Source of the DNA: Candidatus Woesearchaeota archaeon
Lineage (GTDB): Archaea; Nanobdellota; Nanobdellia; SCGC-AAA011-G17; GW2011-AR18
Length of the DNA: 32,000 bases
Direction: 5' to 3'
Assembly: GCA_018302545.1 (NCBI GenBank)
Contig: JAGVZM010000001.1
Span: forward strand, 169,544-201,543
The position numbers were made by a program, and so were the translations under genes. Shown one piece after another: positions 25,491 through 32,000 of the stretch. The notes beneath the pieces are model-generated. The model did no database searches and was not told where the DNA came from. It saw only the letters and a program-made list of their open reading frames with translations. Each line of letters opens with the position of its first letter. Within the stretch, counting starts at the first letter, position 1.

Positions 25491-26870
25491 ATGCAACCAA
25501 TGATAGGATTAGAAATCCACATATCACTAAATACTAAAACAAAATTATTCTGTTCTTGTCCAAATAATAATGCAGGATTACCAAATACAGAATGTTGTGA
25601 TATTTGTACAGGATTCCCAGGATCAAAGCCAGTTCTAAATAAAAAAGCAGTGGAATACGCATTAAAACTTTGTTTAGCGTTAAACTGTAAAATAGCTCCA
25701 GAAATAATATTCTCAAGAAAAACATATTTCTATCCAGATATGGGTAAAAACTATCAAATAACACAATATGAATTACCATTAGGTTCTAATGGAATATTAG
25801 AATTAGCAGATAAAAAAATTAGAATTAGGAGAATACACTTAGAAGAAGATCCAGCTGCTCTAATACATCAAGGTTCAACTGTTTTAATAGACTATAATAG
25901 ATCAGGAACACCCTTATGTGAAATAGTAACAGAACCTGATTTAAGTTCGCCAGAAGAAGCAAGAGAGTTCTTAAAAAGATTATTGACAATAATACAATAT
26001 CTAAAAATATTTGACTTAAAGAATGGAATAGTAAAAGCAGACGCAAATGTAAGCATAAAACCTCATGAAAGGATTGAAGTAAAAAACATTAATGGTTTCA
26101 AAGAGATAGAAAGAGCAATATCTTATGAGATAGAAAGGCAAAAGCAACTAGTCAATGAAGGAAAACCAATAACACACAGAGAAACAAGAGGATGGAAATC
26201 AGACAAGGGTATAACTATATTTCAAAGATCAAAAGAATCAGAAGAAGACTATGGGTATATAATAGATCCAGATCTAGTTTCAATAGAATTAACAAAAGAG
26301 GATATAGAAAAAACAAAAAAATCCCTTCCAGAATTACCAAAAGAAAAAGCAGTGAAGTACCATTCAAAATATAAAATTCCTAAAATAGATGCAGAGGTTT
26401 TAGCAAATGACTATGAATTAACTGAATTATTAGAAGAAGCAATCTCCAAAAAAGTAGATCCATTATTTGCTGCAGAATGGATAAGAAGAGAAGTTTCAAG
26501 AGTATTAAATTACAGCAAAAAAGAACTACATGAAACATTTATTGCAAAGAATTTAATAGAAGTTCTAGATACTATATCAAAAAACAAAATTACAAGAAGA
26601 ACAGGGCAAAAATTAATGGAATTGTTAACAGAAAAAGACGTTAATATTAAAGAATATATAAAATCTCAAGGTTTAGAATCAGTTTCTAATACTCAAGAAA
26701 TAGAAGAGATATGCAAAAAAGTCTTAAAAAAAAATGAAAAAGCAGTAAAAGAATATTTAGAAGGGAATGAAAAATCATTTATGTTCTTAATAGGCCAATG
26801 TATGCGAGCCTCTAAAGGAAAAGCAGATCCAAAAACCTTAAACGAAATTTTAAAGAAATTAATAAAATAA
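25491..26870 (+). CDS. gatB: Asp/Glu-tRNA amidotransferase subunit B
   Basis: IGLEIHISLNTKTKLFCSC...PGSKPVLN and RIHLEEDPA are GatB motifs. C-terminal YqeY-like tail. At 459 aa it is the size of GatB rather than GatE. Confidence 0.9.
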   Translation: MQPMIGLEIHISLNTKTKLFCSCPNNNAGLPNTECCDICTGFPGSKPVLNKKAVEYALKLCLALNCKIAPEIIFSRKTYFYPDMGKNYQITQYELPLGSNGILELADKKIRIRRIHLEEDPAALIHQGSTVLIDYNRSGTPLCEIVTEPDLSSPEEAREFLKRLLTIIQYLKIFDLKNGIVKADANVSIKPHERIEVKNINGFKEIERAISYEIERQKQLVNEGKPITHRETRGWKSDKGITIFQRSKESEEDYGYIIDPDLVSIELTKEDIEKTKKSLPELPKEKAVKYHSKYKIPKIDAEVLANDYELTELLEEAISKKVDPLFAAEWIRREVSRVLNYSKKELHETFIAKNLIEVLDTISKNKITRRTGQKLMELLTEKDVNIKEYIKSQGLESVSNTQEIEEICKKVLKKNEKAVKEYLEGNEKSFMFLIGQCMRASKGKADPKTLNEILKKLIK

Positions 26871-27980
26871 TTTTAAAGTATAAATAATTCCAATTAATAA
26901 GACCACAACTAAAAATACTTTAAGAAATTTATTATCTTTTAAGTCATATTCAGGAATTCTATTACATAAAAATTTAGCCTTACTGTGCATAATCATTATC
27001 ATAATTAATATTATACCAAGACAAACAGCTCCAACAATATCCAACAATTGAATAAAACCTAAAAAACCACTTAAAACTATCAAAAAAGGAACAAAAATAA
27101 CAACACTTCCAGATAAGAGATTATTTACTTTATAATCTAAAGTTAAATTTTCTTTTAATGCAAAACCTAATGCAACAAAGGCAGTAGCTATAGAGAATAA
27201 AGCAAATAAATTAGCAAACATTCCAATACTAAAACTAACATTCATCAAACTGACTGTTGCAACTTCATTTACATTCTTTATAGAACCCATAACAAAAACA
27301 GCAAATAAGATATTAATAACAAAAGTAATGATCATTCCATAAATTATAGACTGCCTCAAAAGCTTCTTATTAGTTAATTCCTCATTCATTTCAGGAACTG
27401 CACTTATTCCAGCAAAGGCAAAAATAGCAACACCATATGGAATAAATAAATTATAAACATTAAGACTAGAAAAATTAGAAAAATCTAAAAGTTTAACTAA
27501 CAACAAACTCAAAGTAACAACTACAATTATCTTAATTGGAGTAAAAATCCATTCAAAACCGTCTATTATCTTTATACCAAAATATATGACAGGAGCAATA
27601 AGAGCAAAGAAGACAAATTGAAACCAAAAACTATTAAATCCAAATATAGCACCTAATGCTTGTCCGCCAGCAATTATATATGCAGCTAAAATCCCAAATA
27701 TACTAAGAGAATTAGCAATGAACATTATAGTTTTGCCTTTAGTTCCCAAATATTTTTCAGCCAAACCAGTTAATTGATGTTTTCCTCTTGTCCTCAAAAC
27801 AACTTCTCCTAAATATAATGTAATTATAGTCATAAAAATAGCTGTAAAGATAAAAACAATTAAGGCAGTTAAGAATCCTGCTTTAGAAAAAACATATGGC
27901 AATGCAAAAACACCGGCACCAACAGTAACACCAACAAAAGTCCAAATAGCACTAAACAACTCTTTTTTCATTAAGACCAT
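26859..27980 (-). CDS. Amino-acid permease (Trp/Tyr permease / Aa_trans-like)
   Basis: About 11 TM segments. N-terminal VGAGVFALPYVFSKAGF motif. The tracked start at 27992 is TTG, so I used the ATG at 27980. The 3' end overlaps gatB by 12 nt (convergent). Confidence 0.75.
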   Translation of the reverse strand: MVLMKKELFSAIWTFVGVTVGAGVFALPYVFSKAGFLTALIVFIFTAIFMTIITLYLGEVVLRTRGKHQLTGLAEKYLGTKGKTIMFIANSLSIFGILAAYIIAGGQALGAIFGFNSFWFQFVFFALIAPVIYFGIKIIDGFEWIFTPIKIIVVVTLSLLLVKLLDFSNFSSLNVYNLFIPYGVAIFAFAGISAVPEMNEELTNKKLLRQSIIYGMIITFVINILFAVFVMGSIKNVNEVATVSLMNVSFSIGMFANLFALFSIATAFVALGFALKENLTLDYKVNNLLSGSVVIFVPFLIVLSGFLGFIQLLDIVGAVCLGIILIMIMIMHSKAKFLCNRIPEYDLKDNKFLKVFLVVVLLIGIIYTLKLFY

Positions 27981-28006
27981 TAAAGAATCCAACTATAAAT
28001 AAATTA

Positions 28007-29044
28007 CTATTTAATTATAACATTATCTAATAATTCCATAAGTTGCTTATAGTTTTTATCAGCAACACTAATACAAATCCAAAACCACCTCAATCGTATT
28101 TTTTGATATTCATCTTTATAATTATCTAATTCTTCATCAGACATACATTTTTTATTTATCCCTAAATAATTTTCACCATTATACCTTCCAAATTTAATTA
28201 AAACTCTTCTTGCTGCAATAAATTTTAATTGTTGTGTATAACCACGATCAACAAAAACATCGCCCTCACCTTCATAATCTTCATCAGCAGCCCACCACCA
28301 ATAATTATCCTTAGATAATTTTACTCCATCTTTCTTAAGAAGTTCAAGAATGGTATTTAAGTTTACAAACTCAGCAACTTTTAAAACTTCTCTAGTCCTC
28401 TTACGAGATTTCTCTTCATCTAATAAACCATTAGATCTAAAAATAAAGTAAGCATTTCTAGCTAATCTTCCATTAGCATCAGGAAACATATGGGAAAAGA
28501 TTATTCCCATATAAATTTTGACAGCCCATCTGTCAATGTTTTTTATAGACAAGCTTTGTCGCATCATATAAAATAATTTCCTAAATTCATCAGAAGAATT
28601 ATCTGGAGGTTCTATAGGAGTTCCCATTACCCTAGAAGTAACTATAACCTTCTCCTCTCTACGAGCTCTCCACCTATTAAAAGAAAATGTATCCCTCAAC
28701 AAACCATTACTAACAGATAAAATATCAAAAAGTTTATCAGCATCAATTGATTTAAGAAAATCTATTTTTTGTTGTTTAGTAGCAATATCTAATCCTATTC
28801 TCCTAGCAAATCTACAAAATCTACTATATGAGGCCTTTCTATGAAAATCATCTGGATCATCAACCTCATAAAGGTTCAATATCTGTTCTTTAGTTATTCC
28901 CCTAGACTTGAATTCTGGACCATGCTTCACCAAATTTTCTCTAAAATCCTCTTTAGAAAGTTTACCCTCTAAATATTTTTTAATAAAATCATAACTATTA
29001 ATTATCTCTATTATTTCAAGAGGAAGAACATCCAAATTAATCAC
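28007..29044 (-). CDS. Fic/DOC family protein with variant active-site motif
   Basis: HMFPDANGRLAR aligns to the Fic motif HxFx(D/E)GNGRxxR, with Ala in place of the first Gly. GTG start inside the GTGA overlap with the upstream PIN-like gene. 345 aa. Confidence 0.7.
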   Translation of the reverse strand: MINLDVLPLEIIEIINSYDFIKKYLEGKLSKEDFRENLVKHGPEFKSRGITKEQILNLYEVDDPDDFHRKASYSRFCRFARRIGLDIATKQQKIDFLKSIDADKLFDILSVSNGLLRDTFSFNRWRARREEKVIVTSRVMGTPIEPPDNSSDEFRKLFYMMRQSLSIKNIDRWAVKIYMGIIFSHMFPDANGRLARNAYFIFRSNGLLDEEKSRKRTREVLKVAEFVNLNTILELLKKDGVKLSKDNYWWWAADEDYEGEGDVFVDRGYTQQLKFIAARRVLIKFGRYNGENYLGINKKCMSDEELDNYKDEYQKIRLRWFWICISVADKNYKQLMELLDNVIIK

Positions 29045-29724
29045 CTATTCCTCTTAATTTCATAACCAATAATCTTCTCAATCTCATCTTCAGAAATCCC
29101 GCAACCTCTCAATCTCAAACCCCACAATAAACCATCCAGAAAAGTTTTATCATTATGAACTTTATTTATATATTTATTAAACAGACCAAGTTCATAAGCT
29201 AAGACCATTAGATCACAACTCCTAACAACTTTCAAACCTTTAGTCATATATTGAAAATCTTTTAACAATTTTTCATTAACATCGATAGGTCTATGAACTT
29301 TCTTCTCTAATATTCTTTTCAAACTTTTAGGATCCTCTATTAATAATCTCATAGTCCTTTCATCAACAACATAAGCACCAGATTGAAGTCTTAAAGCTAG
29401 TGCTAAAGCTTCAACTTCCGCTCTATCTAAAATATAAATTGGTTTGTTATTAGAGATAAAAATATTATTTACATGTTCCATCAAATGATCAACATCTAAC
29501 TTAGAATAAACCTCTAAACTCCCAGTACTAATTAAATTATCAACCATTATTGCTTCTAATTTATACTTCTTACTCTCTAAAGGTTTATCAATTAATTCAA
29601 ATTTAACAGAATCAGGAATGTAAAACCTGCCCTCAAATCTAGTTTTCAAAAACTCTAAGGTCCATAATAAGTTATTCATAGCTAAAGTAATTACAGGACC
29701 AGTATCAAAAACCAAACTCTTCAT
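29041..29724 (-). CDS. PIN-like domain protein
   Basis: LVFDTGPVITLA (first acidic residue), DRAEVEALALAL, YVVDERTMRLL and SCDLMVLA give the spacing of PIN acidic residues. The ATG directly abuts the stop of the upstream HTH gene. Confidence 0.55.
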   Translation of the reverse strand: MKSLVFDTGPVITLAMNNLLWTLEFLKTRFEGRFYIPDSVKFELIDKPLESKKYKLEAIMVDNLISTGSLEVYSKLDVDHLMEHVNNIFISNNKPIYILDRAEVEALALALRLQSGAYVVDERTMRLLIEDPKSLKRILEKKVHRPIDVNEKLLKDFQYMTKGLKVVRSCDLMVLAYELGLFNKYINKVHNDKTFLDGLLWGLRLRGCGISEDEIEKIIGYEIKRNR

Positions 29725-30324
29725 CTAAAATAACCCCCTTAAAAGTTTTAGTCTTTTTATAGGACTTATAGTTTTATTCTCTTTAACATCAGATATGCCA
29801 GTCTTGCCAATATAATCCATTAATTCAAATTTAGTAATACCCAATAATTCAGCAGTTCTTCCCAATGATATCCCGTGTTCATATAACCTAGAAGCCTTAT
29901 TTATCTTAGCTTGACTAAAGACCTCTTGGATATAATCTTTAAATTTCTTATCTAACTTATCTAAAGATTTTATAAAATTTTGTATCAAATCATCAAACTT
30001 TCTATGTTCTAATATAATTAAACTTTTTTTAGCATCCTCTAAAATTTTAAGACAATCTACACAAAAAATATTCCAACCTTTAAATTTTGCATAATGCATA
30101 TCCCTTTCATAAATTTTAGCTAAAGAATAAATTAAAACAGCAACAGTTATAGTATGTTCCTCTTGATATAAAGTAGAATCATGAATTGTTTCATTACTCA
30201 CATCTTTCAAAGACTTAATATCTTCATTTTTAATAGCATTAACAGCTTTATCTAAAACTCTAATTAAATTCCTTCTTATACTATCATCCAACCTCTTTTC
30301 ACCTAAATATTCTAAGAACTCCAA
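29725..30324 (-). CDS. Helical N-terminal domain fused to a UPF0175-like helix-turn-helix (putative antitoxin/regulator)
   Basis: C-terminus ASRLYEHGISLGRTAELLGITKFELMDYIGKTGI resembles UPF0175-type HTH antitoxins that pair with PIN proteins. Only a TTG start is available near the 5' end; the first in-frame ATG is about 75 codons in. Confidence 0.5.
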   Translation of the reverse strand: MEFLEYLGEKRLDDSIRRNLIRVLDKAVNAIKNEDIKSLKDVSNETIHDSTLYQEEHTITVAVLIYSLAKIYERDMHYAKFKGWNIFCVDCLKILEDAKKSLIILEHRKFDDLIQNFIKSLDKLDKKFKDYIQEVFSQAKINKASRLYEHGISLGRTAELLGITKFELMDYIGKTGISDVKENKTISPIKRLKLLRGLF

Positions 30325-30338
30325 CTATTTATAAGTTT

Positions 30339-31256
30339 TTAATCAAGCCTTTGTTTTCCAGACTCAGAAGCAAGTCTTCTCGCTCTCAATTCTCGAAGTT
30401 GTGAATCGTGAGGGTCTCTTAAAAGTTCTTGAACACCCTTTGCTTTTCTAACAGCACTAGGAACATATTCAGGATCTAATTTAGGCATTCTTTCTTCTGG
30501 AACACCAGCAGCAAGTAAAACATTATAAGCAAAGATTTTAACTTCATTAATTTCTTCTTTAACTCTTTTAACTCTAGTCATGATGCCTTTCTCTCCATAT
30601 TTTTTAACAAGGGTTTCAGCTTGAGACCTTGGTAGTTCTTCTATATCTTCAACTTCTCTCTGCATAGTTTGGGCAAGTAAATATAAATTATGTGCATCTT
30701 CAACAACTTCAACAACATGTATTCCTCTATTAAATTCATACTTTTCAGAATCTAAATCACGTCTGGTCCAGAAAAACCTAACATTTAATGCTGCACCTAT
30801 AATTCCTCCAGCTATAGCTCCAAACAAATCACCTGTAACATAGGATCCTGCTAAAGCAGATGCTGCAATTGAGGAACCAGAAACAGCAATTTTAAATAAA
30901 TTATCTACCTTTAAACTATCAGAAAAAGGATTATTTTCCCACCAAATAGAAGTTTCATAAACTGCTCTTTCTAATAAACCAATGCCTTTAATACTATAAG
31001 ACCTACTTTTAAACTTATTAAGAATCCCCCTATAACTTAAAAAAATAGTATCATCTAAATCTTCAACCTCTTGATAAATTTTAAAAGAATCATCAGAATG
31101 GAACTTTGCAATCTCCCCCCTTCTATTTTCCAAGTAAACAGCAACAGAACTTTCTAATGAATCATGATCTCTTTTAATATCTAACCTTCTCTTTCTGACC
31201 AAAAAATCCTCAGTCTGTTCCCCAATATAACCTAACAAATTAACAGAGTCATTCAT
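30339..31256 (-). CDS. Hypothetical protein with central glycine-zipper hydrophobic segment
   Basis: FKIAVSGSSIAASALAGSYVTGDLFGAIAGGIIGAALNV has a small-xxx-small repeat pattern and is flanked by charged soluble regions. It lies 14 nt upstream of the HTH gene. Confidence 0.5.
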   Translation of the reverse strand: MNDSVNLLGYIGEQTEDFLVRKRRLDIKRDHDSLESSVAVYLENRRGEIAKFHSDDSFKIYQEVEDLDDTIFLSYRGILNKFKSRSYSIKGIGLLERAVYETSIWWENNPFSDSLKVDNLFKIAVSGSSIAASALAGSYVTGDLFGAIAGGIIGAALNVRFFWTRRDLDSEKYEFNRGIHVVEVVEDAHNLYLLAQTMQREVEDIEELPRSQAETLVKKYGEKGIMTRVKRVKEEINEVKIFAYNVLLAAGVPEERMPKLDPEYVPSAVRKAKGVQELLRDPHDSQLRELRARRLASESGKQRLD

Positions 31257-31373
31257 AAAAATGATAAAAATATGGGGTTTATAAGCTTTATTTCACTTTT
31301 ATAACTATTATTAAAAGAATAATTTCAAAAATATTCCCTAAACATTATAAACAATAAAAATATCTCAAGAATT

Positions 31374-32000
31374 ATGCAAATATTCTTTCCACATGAAAAA
31401 ATTAGAGAGTCACAAGACATACTTATAGAAAAAATCCAAGAAGCAATTAAAAACAAAACAAATCTATTAGCTCACGCTCCCACAGGATTAGGAAAGTCAG
31501 CTGCATCATTAAGTGCTGCATTAAGTTATGCTATAGAAAACAAAAAAACAATATTTTTCATAACACCTAAACATACACAACATAGAATAGCAATAGAAAC
31601 TCTAAGACTAATTAAACAAAAATACAATTTAGATTTTTCAGTTATAGATTTAATAGGTAAAAAATGGATGTGTGCCCAAGAGGGTGCTTCTGAAATGCCA
31701 TCTGGTGAATTTTATGATTATTGTAAAGACATGATAAAGAGTGGAAAATGCTCATATTATAATAACATAAAAAGAAAGGATAAGTTAACAATAGAAACAC
31801 AAGCAGCAATATCTGAATTATCCAAAAAGATATTACATGTAGAAGAGTTTAAAGACTACTCAAAAGCAAGAATTCTATGTCCATTTGAAGTTGCTTGTTT
31901 AGTTGCAAAAAAATCAACAGTAATAATAGCTGATTATCACCATATAATAAGTCAGAGTATAAGAGAAAACCTATTAGAAAGAATAAATAAAAGTTTAAAT
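31374..32000 (+). CDS. XPD/Rad3-type (DinG family) Fe-S helicase, 3' end outside the window; not in the supplied ORF track
   Basis: My translation is MQIFFPHEKIRESQDILIEKIQEAIKNKTNLLAHAPTGLGKSAASL.... It has a Walker A motif and four Cys (WMCAQ, DYCKD, GKCSYY, LCPFE) in Fe-S cluster spacing, then IIADYHHI. The frame is open to the window end. Confidence 0.8.
   Translation, partial: MQIFFPHEKIRESQDILIEKIQEAIKNKTNLLAHAPTGLGKSAASLSAALSYAIENKKTIFFITPKHTQHRIAIETLRLIKQKYNLDFSVIDLIGKKWMCAQEGASEMPSGEFYDYCKDMIKSGKCSYYNNIKRKDKLTIETQAAISELSKKILHVEEFKDYSKARILCPFEVACLVAKKSTVIIADYHHIISQSIRENLLERINKSLN

Noticed and set aside
1-32000. CRISPR arrays, rRNA genes, transposases/integrases or long inverted repeats
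   Set aside because: I found no regularly spaced direct repeats, no rRNA-like conserved segments and no recombinase-like ORFs. The only exact tandem repeat seen is the 15-mer at 15601-15630.

Overview
This is a very AT-rich, tightly packed window with many start/stop overlaps and strong GGAGG-type ribosome-binding sites. It looks like a small-genome archaeon, possibly DPANN-like. The support is a radical-SAM/GNAT Elp3, an XPD/Rad3 Fe-S helicase, an AbrB-PhoU regulator, and two tRNA genes without encoded CCA, one of which carries an intron at a non-canonical position. That lineage call is an inference from gene content.

Housekeeping content:
- a complete branched-chain amino-acid type ABC importer (two tandem binding proteins plus livHMGF), with two further orphan LivJ-like binding proteins
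- gatC and gatA with an ASCH-domain gene wedged between them, and gatB unlinked
- gmk, corA, an amino-acid permease, a nitroreductase, and an LMW-PTP-like/RDD/SppA operon
- a fold-type II PLP enzyme and tRNA-Gly(GCC)
- tRNA-Val(UAC) with a 32-nt insert in the D-arm

Accessory or unusual content:
1. A four-gene minus-strand cassette at 28007-31256: glycine-zipper membrane protein, helical+HTH protein, PIN-like protein, and a Fic protein with a variant motif. It is joined by abutting or overlapping, partly non-ATG starts. I consider it the best candidate for an undescribed toxin/defence-type system.
2. Three tandem hyper-acidic mini-proteins at 15551-16268. One is missing from the ORF track.
3. 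An unannotated 48-aa AbrB-like ORF translationally coupled to a membrane Ser/Thr kinase.
4. Two signal-peptide, beta-strand-rich, OMP-like proteins.
5. Two classical type II toxin-antitoxin pairs (DUF4258/DUF2283 and RHH/MazF).

No CRISPR array, rRNA, transposase or integrase was seen.
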